Below, in pieces: positions 11,868 through 22,994 of a stretch of 64,000 nt of DNA; the stretch's first letter is position 1; every line of letters starts with the position of its first letter. The position numbers and the translations under genes are program-made. Below the pieces are notes generated by a model. That model did not search any database and was not told the origin of the DNA. It saw nothing but the letters and a program-made list of their open reading frames with translations. Source of the stretch: Chiloscyllium plagiosum (Eukaryota). The stretch is from the NCBI RefSeq assembly GCF_004010195.1, contig NW_025215381.1, forward strand, positions 776,184 through 840,183. Reading direction: 5' to 3'.

Positions 11868-13290
11868 TAGAGTCATGGAGATGTAAACATGGAAGCAGAC
11901 CCTTCAGTCCAACCCATCCATGCCAACCAGATATCCCAAACTAATCCAGTCCCATTTGCCATCACTTGGCCCATATCCCTCTAAACCCTTCCTCTGGCAG
12001 CTCATTCCATACACATACCACCCTCTGTGTGAAAAAGTTGCCCCTTAGATCACTTTTATATCTTTCCCCTCTCACCCTAAACCTATGCCCTCTATTTCTG
12101 GAATCCGCGACCCCAGGGTAAAAACTTTGTCTATTTATCCTATCCATGCCCCTCATGATTTTATAAACATCTTTAAGGTCACCCTTCAGCCTCCGACGTT
12201 CCAGGGAAAACAGCCCTAGCTGGGTGGCACGGTGGCACAGTGGTTAGCACTGCTGCCTCACAGCGCCAGAGACCAGGGTTCAATTCCCGCCTCAGGCGAC
12301 TGTCTGTGTGGAGTTTGCACATTCTCCCCGTGTCTGTGTGGGTTTCCTCTGGGTGCTCCGATTTCCTCCCACAGTCCAAAAATGTGCAGGTCAGGTGAAT
12401 TGGCCATGCTAAATTGCCCGTAGTGTTAGGTGCAGGGGTAAATGTAGGGGTATGGGTCTGGGTGGGTTGCGCTTCGGCAGGTCGGTGTGGACTTGTTGGG
12501 CCGAAGGGCCTGTTTCCACACTGTAAGTAATCTAATCTAAGCCTATTCAACCTCCCCCTATAGCTCAGATCCTCCAACCCTGGCAACATCCTTGTAGATC
12601 TTTTCTGAATCCTTTCAAGTTTCACAACATCTTTCCGATAGGAAGGAGACCAGAATTGCACACAATATTCCAACAGTGGCCTAACCATTGTCCTGTACAG
12701 CCGCAACATGACCTCCCAACTCCTGTACTCAGTACTCTGACCAATAAAGGAAAGCATACCAAACACCTTAATCACTATCCTATCTACCTGCAACTCCACT
12801 TTCAAGGAGCTATGAACCTGCACTCCAAGGTCTCTTTGTTCAGCAACACTCCCTAGGACCTTACCATTAAGTGTATAAGTCCTACTTTCCCAAAATGCAG
12901 CACTTCACATTTATCTGAATTAAACTCCATCTGCTGCTTCTCAGCCCATTGGTTCATCTGATCAAGATCCTGTTGTAATCTGAGGTAACTTTCTTCGCTG
13001 TCCACTACAACTCCAATTTTGGTGTCATCTGCAAACTTACTAACTATACCTCTTATGCTCACATCCAAACCGTTATATAAATGATGAGATGTTGTGGACC
13101 CAGCACTGATCCTTGTGGCACTCCACTGGTCACAGGCCTCCAGTCTGAAAAACAGCCCCCCACCTCCACTCTCTGTCTTCTACCTTTGAGCCAGTTCTGT
13201 AACCAAATGGCTAATTTTCCCTGTATTCTATGAGATCTGACCTTGCTAACCAGTCTCCCATGGGGAACCTTGTCGAATGCCTTACTGAAC
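11868..13290 (-). mobile_element. CR1/HER1 LINE 3' portion, interrupted by a SINE
   Basis: SKFADDTKIG, RPLLEYCVQFWSP and WNELPEE motifs on the minus strand. Confidence 0.92.
12222..12540 (+). mobile_element. HE1-like SINE
   Basis: GGCACGGTGGCACAGTGGTTAGCA head, GGTTCAATTCC B box, TAATCTAATC tail. Confidence 0.92.
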
Positions 13291-13751
13291 TTATTGACAG
13301 CCTGAAAGCTGTGTTGATCACCATCCCAGTGTTAGCAACGTCCAATCATACAAAGCTATTCATGGTGGCTATTGATATGAGTGTTGTGGGTGTCAGTGTT
13401 GGACTCTTGTAACAAGACGAGAGTATGGATAGACCTATTATGCATTTTTCCTGAAAGTTGAACATTCATCAGAAGAAGTATTCTACTATTGAGAAAGAGA
13501 CCTTGAGTTTGGTGTTGGCGTTGCAACATCTCAATGTTTATATTTCCAGTAATGTATATAAGGCAACTGTCTGTACGGATCATAACCCCTTAGCATTTTT
13601 GGAAAAATGTAAGGATAAAAATGTCAGACTGTTTTGATGGAGTTTATTGTTATAGCCATTCAATTTGTGAATTATTCATGTGGCAGGATGAGAAAGCATA
13701 ATTGCTGGTACTTGGTCACGGCTTTGATGAAGGAAGACCGAGGTGTTTGGT

Positions 13752-14052
13752 GGGTGGCAGCACGGTGGCACAGTGGTTAGCACTACTGCCTCACATTGCC
13801 AGAGACCCGGGTTCAATTTCTGCCTCAGGTGATTGACTGTGTAGAATTTGCACATTCTCCCCATGTCTGCGTGGGTTTCCTCCCACAGTCCAAAAATGTG
13901 CAGGTTAGGGTGAATTGGCCATTCTAAATTGCCCGTAGTGTTAGGTGAAGGGGTAAATGTAGGGGAATGGGTCTGGGTGGGTGCACTTCGGCGGGTCAGT
14001 GTGGACTTGTTGGGCCGAAGGGCCTGTTTCCATACTGTAAGTAATCTAATCT
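13752..14052 (+). mobile_element. HE1-like SINE
   Basis: Same family as 12222-12540. Confidence 0.9.
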
Positions 14053-14939
14053 ACAGAAGGAATGGACTGTATTATTGAATATTTACAAGCTTAGAGTTAA
14101 TACTATATATATGATAGAGTACTAATGTGTTATTGCTGTGGCTTTCTGGTTTCTTTTAGAGAGAGACGGGGGGGACAGATGGCGCGCAGTCTATGAGAAG
14201 GTAAATAAACTGTGAGGCCTTGAGGTTTTTTCAAAAGTTGGGAAAATTGAAGTAGTCTGAGAGGATGTGGTAAAGCTCCCGCAGTTGTTGCTGGGTCTCA
14301 GCAGGGTTAAAAGGCAGTGAATCTCTTCCCGCCTGCTACACACTCTCTCTCTCTCTGGGCAGCTGCTGCATATATCTCTTTCTTGCTGATAAAATTGCAT
14401 CTGGATCTCAGCACCTGATATTTACCTTTGAAATAAGAAAAAGTTAGGGTCAAAGCTACCTTTTTAATATCATATTAAAGGCTTTGAAACTGAAGTCATG
14501 AGTGTATATTGATGGTCCATTTTCTTAGTGGGGGGGAATGGTGTGACAATACCGTACCTTTGAGAGATGTCCTGTTTCTCTTGCAAAGGGGTGCTGTCAC
14601 AGTGGTTCAAAATTGTCTCCTTTAGACAGGCTGTTGGTAAACAGCTTTGAGTTCTCCCTAGGTGTTTTATTTAACCTAAGACGAAAGAATCATGAGCGAG
14701 CAGGATGAGGCTCACTCAGACTGAGAAGATTTTAGCTTTACTTTCAGTTAGTTGGCTGCTGGAGTTAAAAGTTGCAGTTTCTTGCTGCTAGAGGGTTCCT
14801 CTTAAAAATCAAAAGGTGTAGATTAGAGTCTAGGCTTTAATGAAAACACACATAGTTAAAATAGAATGAAAAGAAGAATTGGCCTAACTTTACTCTATTG
14901 AAATACCTAATAAGATAATATATTATTTAGCCTTTAATA

Positions 14940-15765
14940 TGGACAGCATCCTAGGGGTGCGGGCAAACCGGAGGATTTCCTCGTGAGTCTGTTCCTGGGC
15001 CTGGCCAGGCTGGTTACAGACAGGTCCAGGCAGCAGGCCATGAATGAAGATCATTTCTGCTGACTGCCTACATCTCTTCTGTGGCTACATTCATGCCTAT
15101 ATGTCCTTGGAGAAGGAACATGCAGTGTCCAAAAACACTCTCGATGCCTCTGGGAAGAGATGGGCACTGCAGAGGGTGGGGGGGGGCTTTATCTCTCATT
15201 CCGATTCTAGCTTGATTTGGTCCCTACCCTCCCCTTCACTTCTTCTTTTATGTAAACATTGTGAAAGAAAATAATGAAAAAAAAATATAGACTGTATCCT
15301 CGGGGTGCACACAGGTCAGAGGATCACCTCGTGGGTCTGCTCCTGGGCCTAGCAGGGCTGGCTATGAACAGGTCCAGGCACCAGGCTGTGGAGGAGGTGA
15401 TTTTGACTGAATACCAATCCCACCTCTGCAGCTATGTTCGAGCCCAGGTGTCCTTGGAGAAGGAGCATGCAGTGTTCACCAATACTCTTGATGCCTTTCG
15501 GGAGAGGCGGGCACCGCACAGGGTGAAGTGCTTTATTTCCCTCTCCAGCTCTATTTTGATTTGATCCCTAACCTACCCCTTCACGTTTTGTTTTCACATA
15601 AGCATTGTCCTTATCCGGCTTGGCTTGTTACTGCTTCGCTGGCCACATGGGTGTTTTTCCTCGATTATTGAAAAAATTATTTGCACAATGGTGTCTTCAC
15701 TGAGTCCCCGTACGTACGCACGTACAACACGGATGCTGCAGGAGCAAATAAGCACAGAAAAACAG
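14940..15765 (+). mobile_element. Two tandem Tx1-like LINE 3' fragments (ORF2 C-terminus and 3' UTR)
   Basis: GLLLGLAGLAMNRSR...SLEKEHAV..NTLDAFRER occurs twice (~14950-15240 and ~15300-15590). 15625-15755 aligns by eye with the 3' UTR at 23427-23560. Confidence 0.75.
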
Positions 15766-16149
15766 AAACAGATAGCATCCTCCAAACACACCCTTGGCAA
15801 AGGCATAATATACTTTGGGGGGCTCTGGTCTGATCCATAACACTAAGAATCACACGAGACTAAACACGAGGCATTCAAAATCGTGTATGAGACACGAAAG
15901 AAGAATTGCTGAGAACAAAAACTTTAAATAATTGTAAAGCTGATAGGACTGACCGTTAAATTAGTGGATGGCTGTTCCTCCAAAAGGCATTGGATTAACA
16001 TTGAGGATGTCTGGGCCGCTGAGCCCCGCAGAGTCATCAAACTGCTTGAAACAGGTAGCCATACCTGTGACATTGGATGGCTGGAGAACAGTCTCAGAAA
16101 AAGATTCAGACAAGGGAGTTGCTTCAAACCAGAAGTTTCAAATAAATCT

Positions 16150-16872
16150 GACTGATGAAGGCAAGCATGCCATATGCTTTCTTTCCCACCTTATCCACTT
16201 CTGCTGCCACTTTCAGGAACCCAGATACCTCAAGATCCCTCTGTATATCAATGCTCCGAAGGTCCAGCCATTTAGTCTATACTTTCTTTTTGCATTTGAT
16301 CTTCCAAAACACCTCACACTTGTCCAGAATAAACTCCACCTGCCATTTCTCCACCCAATTTTCCAACTGATCTACACTGCCGTATCCTTTAACATCCTTT
16401 TTCACTATCTATAACTCCACCAATTTTCATGTCATCTGAAAACTTACTGATCAGCTCACCAACATTTTCATCCAAATCATTTATATATATTACAAACAGC
16501 ACAGGTCCCAGCACTGATCCTTCAGAATACCACTGGTTACAGATCTCCAGTGAGAAAAACACTCCTCGACAATTACTCTCTGTCTTCTCTGGCCAAACCA
16601 GTTTTGTAATCAACTCGCCAACTTACCATGGATTCAATGTGATTTGACCTTCTGGAACAGCCTACCATGAGGGATCTTGTCAAGTGCTTTAGTAAAGCCG
16701 TGGAGATAACATCTACTGTCTTATCCTCAGCTACAGTTGTTAATTCCTCAAAAACCTCAATCAAGTTTGTGAGACAAAACCTCCTCCACATAACGCCATG
16801 CTGACTATCCCTAAGTAAGTCCATTTCTTCAAATGCAAGTAAATCCCATCCCTGAGAACCTTCTCCAATAAT
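16150..16872 (-). mobile_element. CR1 LINE RT fragment
   Basis: GSVLGPVLFVIYINDLDENV...SKFSDD. Confidence 0.9.
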
Positions 16873-16879
16873 CAATTCT

Positions 16880-18013
16880 AACGGTATTTGGCATGAGCTT
16901 TCAAAAGTTCATTTGGGACAGATATTTGCAGGTTAGGAGATAGCTGGAAAATGGAAAGCCTGCACAAATGAGATAACAACAGATAACAATATGTCTCTGT
17001 TAGGGTGAAGGGCAAGGCTGGTAAGTGTAGGGAATGCTGGATAACTAGAGAAACTGAGTTCTAGTCAAGACAAAAAAGGAAGCGTATGTCAGGTACAAAC
17101 AGAAGGGATCGAGTGAATCCCTACAGGAGTATAAAGATAAGAAGGAAATGAGGAGGGGGAAAAAGGGACATGAAATAACTTTGGTGAATACAGTCAAGGA
17201 GAATTCAAAGGGATTCTATAAATACATGAAGGACAAAAGAGTAACTAGGGAGAGAATAGAGCCCCTTACAGTTCAGCAAGAACCCCGTATGTGTGGAACT
17301 GCAAATGACTGAGATACTAAATGAATATTTTGCATCAGTATTTACTGTGGAGAAGGATATGGAAGCTAGACAACTTGGGAAATAAATCGTGGTATCTTCA
17401 GAAGTGTCTTTATTATAGAGAAGGAGGTGCTGGAGGTCTTAAAATACATAATGGTGGATAAATCCCCAGGACTTGATCACATGCATCCGAAAACTTTGTG
17501 GGAAGCTAGGGAAGTGATTGCTGGCCCCCTTGCTGAAATATTTATATCATCGATAATCACAGGTGAGGTGCTGGAAGATTGGAGGTTGGCTAACGTGGTG
17601 CCACTGTTTAAGAAAGGTGGTAAGGACAAGCCAGGGAACTGTAGACCAGTGAGCCTGACGTCAGTGGTGGGCAAGTTATTGGACGGGATTCTGAGAGACA
17701 GGATTTACTCGTATTTGAAAAAGCAAGGACTGGATGGGGTTAGTCAGCATGTAATTGTGTTCCACTAACTTGACTGAGTTTTTTTGAAGAAATGACAAAG
17801 AAGATTTGGTGAAGGCAGAGCGGCAAACATTGTCTATATGAACTTCAGTAAGGCAGACGATAAGGTAGACTGGTTTACAAGGTTAGATCACATGGAATAC
17901 AGGGAGAACTAGCTATTTGCACACAAAATTGGCAAGAAGATAGGAGACAGAAGGTGATGGTGGAGGGTTGCTTTTTGTACTGGAAGCTTGTGCTATAGGG
18001 ATTGGTGTTTTCG

Positions 18014-18047
<34 letters not shown>

Positions 18048-20510
18048 GTAATTTGGACATGAATAAAGGCGGTATGGTTAGTAAATTTGCAGACGACACC
18101 AAAATTGGTAGTGGACCTTGACCTTAGTCAGATTGGCTGAAGGGAGTGGCAGATGGAGTTTAATCTAAATAAATGTGCAGTGGCTACATTTTGGTAGGCC
18201 AGAGCAGGACAGGTCTTATAAACTTAATGGTAAGGTCCTGGAGGGTTTTGCCAAACAAAAGAATCTTGGAGTGCAGGTTCATTGTTTCTTGAAAGTGGAG
18301 CTGCAGATAGACAGGGTAGTGAAGAAGACGTTTGGTATGCTTGCCTTTATTGGTCTGTGCATGAGGACAGGACTTGGGAGATCATGTTGCGGCTGTACAG
18401 GACATTGGTTCTGAAATTCTGCACTCAATGTTTGGTCTCTTTGCTCTCAGAAGGATGTTGTTAAAGTTGAAAGGGTTCAGAAAAGATTTACAAGGATGTT
18501 GCCAGGCTTGGAGTATTTGAGCTATAGGGAGAGGCTGAATAGACTGAGGGTATTTTTTCTGGATCATCAAAGGCTGAGGGGTGACCCTATAGAGGTTTAT
18601 AAAATCATGAGGGGCATGGAAAGGGAGAACGATCAAGGGTTTTCCCCAGGGTAGGGGGCTAGATGACATAGGTTTAAGATGAAAAGGGAAAGATTTAAAA
18701 GGAACCTAACGGGCAACCTTTTCATGCAGAGGTTGGTGCGTGTATGGAATAAACTGCCAGAGGAAGTGGTGAAGATTTGTGCAATTACAACGCTTAAAAA
18801 GGTGAATCCAAAGAGGTTCTTTAAGTATATTAAAGGAAAAAGAACAACTCAAGAGAGAATCGGAAAGGAGATGGGTGAGGTCCTCAATTAATATTTCTCC
18901 TCTGTGTTTACTGTGGAAACGGACATGAAGGCTTAGGAACTTGGGGAAGTTAGTGGTCAAATCTTCGGGACAATCCATATCGTAGTAGAGGAGGTGTTAG
19001 ATGTATTAGAATGTATGAAGGTGGATAAATCTCCTGGTTTTGACTGGATATATCCAAGAACACTGCAAGAAGCTAGAGAAGAAATTGTGGGGGCCCTGGC
19101 TGATATTTTTGCTTCATTGTTAGCCATGGGTGAGGTCCCAGAAAACTGGAGGGTAGCGAATGTTGTGGCCTTATTCAAAAAGGGCTACAAAGAAAAACCT
19201 GGGAACTATAGACCAGTAAACCTCTAACATCTGTGGTGGGTATGTTACTTGGGAAGATTCTGAAACATAAGATATACATGCATTTGGAAAGACAGGGTTT
19301 GATTAGAAATAATCAACATGGCTTTGTGCATGGGTAATCATGCCTCACAAATTTGTTAAGAGTTCTTTGATGAAGTGACCAGGAAGGCTGACGAGGGCAG
19401 GGAGGTAGACATAATCTATATGGATTTCAATAAGGCCTTTAATAAGGTTCCACATGGAATGCTGCTCTGGAAGGTTAGATCACATGGAATCCATGGGGGA
19501 GCTGGCAAATTGGATACACAATTGGCTTGGTGGTAGGAAGCAGAGGGTAATAGTAGAAGGATGCATATCAGACTGGAGGCCTGTGACTGGGGGAGTGCCT
19601 CAGGGCTCAGTGCAGGACTCATTGCTTTTAGTTACGTATATCAGTGACTTGAATGAGAATGACCGAGGCATGATTAGTAAGTTTGTAGATGACAATAAAA
19701 TAGGTGGTATCGTGGACAGTGAGGAAGGTTATCTGAAATTGCAGCAGGAGCTTGATCAGCTGGGGAAGTGGGCCGAGAAATGGCAAATGGAGTTTAATAG
19801 AGAGTGAGGTCTTGCATTTTGGAAGGTCAAATCAAGATATGACTTTCATGGTGAATGATAGGGCCTGAAGGAGTGTAGTGAAACAGAGGGACCTTGGAGT
19901 TCAGGCGCATAGTTCTCCGAAAGTGGAGTCCCAGGTAGACAGGGCAGTGAAGGACGCTTTAGACACACTGGCCTTCATCAGTCAGGGCACTGAGTATAGA
20001 AGTTAGGAAGTTATGTTGCAGTTACACAGGACATTGGTGAGGCCGTACTTGAAGTATTGTGTTCAGTTTTGGTCACCTTGTTATAGGAAGAATGTTATTA
20101 AACTGGAAAGAGTACAAAGAAAAATTACAAGGATGTTGCCAGGACCCAATGGTCTGCATTATAGAGAGAGGTTGGACAAGCTAGGTTTTAACAACATCTA
20201 AAAGGCATTTGGCCAAATACATGGATGGGAAATGATTAGAAGGATATGGGCTAAGTTCAGGGAAATGGGGTTAGTGTGGATGGACATTTTGGTCAGCATG
20301 GACCAGTTTGGGCCAAAGGGCTCCTCTCTTTGCTGTCAGACTCTGTGACTCTATGCATCTGGAAGGAGAGATGAATAGGAAACGTTTGGAAGGATATGGG
20401 CCAAATTCTGCAAATTCTAGCAACTAGATTAATTTTGGATATCTCGTCAGCATGGACGAGTTGGATTAAATAATCTGTGTCCATGCTGTACATCTCTATG
20501 ACTCTAATTT
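16880..20510 (+). mobile_element. Stacked CR1/HER1 LINE ORF2 fragments (~16880-18800 and ~18800-20200, plus 3' tails)
   Basis: DKSPG...WRLANVVPLFKKG...[26 protein letters not shown]. The EN-RT linker restarts at ~18800. Confidence 0.92.
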
Positions 20511-20909
20511 CCCTATCACTGGCCTCTAATTTCCTGTATTATTCCTGTTGCCCTTCTTGAAAAAAGGAACAATATTGGCTATCTACCGTCTTTTGGGACC
20601 TCACCTGAGGCTAAAGAGGATACAAAGATCTCTGTCAAGGCCCCAGCATACTCCTCCTGTGCTGCCTGGTTCAGATCCCATGAAGTCTTGGGGACCTATC
20701 TACCTTAATGTTCCTCAAGACACCCAACTCCTTCCGGAAGACCTTCTTAATACACACATGTCCCAGAGTATCAACAAACTCCTCTCTAAATTTAATCCAC
20801 TTTTTTCTCCCTGGTGAAAACTAATGAATTAAAGTTCGTAACACTTCCTCTAGCGCCATCCATAAATTTCCTCCTTTGTCCTAGACCTATCCTTGTCCTT
20901 GACCTATGC

Positions 20910-21220
20910 TTCCCCAGGGGGAGGGATTCAATAACGAGAGGTCACGCTTTCAAGGTGAGAGGTGGAACATTTAAGAACGCAGCAAGTACTTCACACAGGG
21001 TGGTGGGCGTTTGGAACGCATTGCCAGCAGAGGTGGTAGAGGCAGGCACGGTAGATTCATTTAAGATGCATCTGGACAGATGCATGAGTCGGTGGGGAGC
21101 AGAGGGATACAGATGCTTAGGAACTGACCAACAGGTTTAGACAGTACATTTGGATCGGCTCAGGCTTGGAGGGCCGAAGGGCCTGTTCCTGGGCTGTAAA
21201 TTTTCTCTGTTCTTTGTTCA
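20910..21220 (+). mobile_element. CR1 LINE 3' fragment
   Basis: TRGHAFKVRGG...VVGVWNALPAEVVEA. Confidence 0.85.
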
Positions 21221-21339
21221 TCTTTGTTCTAATTACGCTATTGCTCCTAGTAAATGTATAAGGTAATAGTTATTAATACATTTTTCTAATTTATGGTTAG
21301 GTAGGGATTGTCCTTAATGATAGTTCTTTACCGGTCAGG

Positions 21340-21665
21340 GCTGGAGCACATAATTCCAACCAGATTCTCCAATTCAGTACCAAGGGAGTGCAGTTTTTGT
21401 TAGATGTTACCCTAAACTCAGGACCTATTAGCCTGTTTAGGTGGCTATGAGGGAATCCCTGTTTAAAGAAGAGCAGGGGGCCAGTTCTTCCTGGTAATCC
21501 TAGCCAATAATTATCACTCATATCAGCATCATCACCAAAACATATTATCTCGGTCATTATTGCATTGCTCTGGGACCTTGCAGTGCACAAACAGGATTGT
21601 TGCTTTTCCGACATAATGACAGCGATTTCTCATCAAGAAGTAATTTCACGGATTACAGAGCACTA
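21340..21665 (+). mobile_element. Old Deu-domain SINE (SacSINE1/AmnSINE1-like) remnant
   Basis: gaagagcagggg...cctagccaata...attatctcggtcattattgcattgct...gggaccttgcagtgcacaaa resembles the Deu domain (recognised from memory). Confidence 0.6.
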
Positions 21666-22475
21666 CCCACGCTAGTCGATATTGGCCAAGTACGGGTCTC
21701 ACCAATCATGCCGTCTCTCGGCCCAAATCACATACCACTTCATACCTTTCGGCCTTCACTTTGGAGCTCAGGGACACCCATGACTTTGCTCTGACCACTA
21801 TCCAAATGGTGCTCCCCCAGTTTGTTATGGTTCCAGCCAGGCATCCCCAAACTATTAAGGCCCTGGGTAAGGAGGGATGAACCGACTTCCTTTGCTCACC
21901 TACACCCTCCGTTGGTCACAACAAATTTCATTTTAAAAAGGATTCCCCCACCCTAATTCCAGACCCAAATGAACTTGTGTTCTAAAAGAAGCCTTTTTTG
22001 AATGAACAACAATAGTCCATTTCTTACTGAACCTGAGAAGAAATAATAATGCTGCACACAGAATAGAAATAAGGTGAATACAAATAAAGTTTAAAAAGTC
22101 ATTCTCTGAATTGCTTGTGAAGAGAGGATAGTTTATGGTTGCTGCCATTGCAGTGAACCCCTCCAATAGCATTGGCATTGGTAGTTAAATTGTCAATTCT
22201 GAGAAGCTTGGCTTTGAAGGTTGATTGAAACCCTTTCAGCATCCTTTAACTGGCAGCACTTGGAGAAGGCTTTTTTCCCTTTTCTTAAAACATGAAAAGC
22301 GGGGGTGTTTAAACGACTTTCCTCAGAGGTGCAACACTCACAGAACACTAATATGAACACGAGGAATTCAGGGAAGTAACACGCACAGACCAGGGTTGAA
22401 GCTCACTTTGAATCTTTGTCCCTGTTGTTACAGAGACAGAAGCCAAACCAAATCCGTCTTCTGATCCCGAAGGAG

Positions 22476-22776
22476 TGGTGTGGTGGCTCAGTGGTCAGAA
22501 ACACTGCCTCACAGCACTCGGGATCCAGGTTCAATTCTACCCTAGGGCAACTGTCTGTGTGGAGTTTGCACATTCGCCCCGTATCTGCAAGGGTTCTCTC
22601 TGGGTACTCCGGTTTCCTCCTGCACATCTTTGGAGGATTGACCATACTAAATTGCCCAAGTGTCCAGTGATATGCAGGTTAAGTGGATTAGCCATGGGGA
22701 ATGCAGGGTTAAAGGGGGTGGGACGCTTTTCAGAGGGTTGGTGTGGACTTGATGGGCTGAATGGCCTGCTTCCACA
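22476..22776 (+). mobile_element. Diverged HE1-like SINE
   Basis: tRNA-like head and GTGTGGAGTTTGCAC core. Confidence 0.8.
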
Positions 22777-22994
22777 ATTTGCAACACAGGAAAATTAAAA
22801 TGCTCAATGATCTTCAAAACTGGCTCAATGGCTCCTAACCAGATCTCTTGTATAACCAATGCAAGTTTATAGCTCAAAGAATGAATTATTTATTCATAAT
22901 ACAGCAGGTTTAGTGAGCAAAGTTAAACAAAAAGATAATCTAAGTAATGTTTATGATTTAAACCCAAACTCCTTTGATTCTAGCCCTCTCACCC

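Larger units (their letters stand above)
10065..15842 (+). mobile_element. Decayed Gmr1-like Gypsy element (integrase C-terminus, then RT, then RNase H, PPT, 3' LTR ~14542-15842), with several nested insertions
   Basis: GDKVLALLP...GPYQI...HVNMIKKY at ~10115-10270; KPDGTQRLCVDYRK at ~11195; QVTFLGH at ~11620; RNase H STIEKE at ~13480; purine tract before TGTGAC at 14542; CCATAACA at 15835-15842. The LTR end is tentative. Confidence 0.75.

Noticed and set aside
12222..12295. tRNA gene (A and B boxes present)
   Set aside because: It is the tRNA-derived head of a multi-copy SINE and continues into the SINE core and tail.
21825..22400. Possible solo LTR on the minus strand (ends CCATAACA)
   Set aside because: No partner LTR, TSD or convincing PBS identified by eye.
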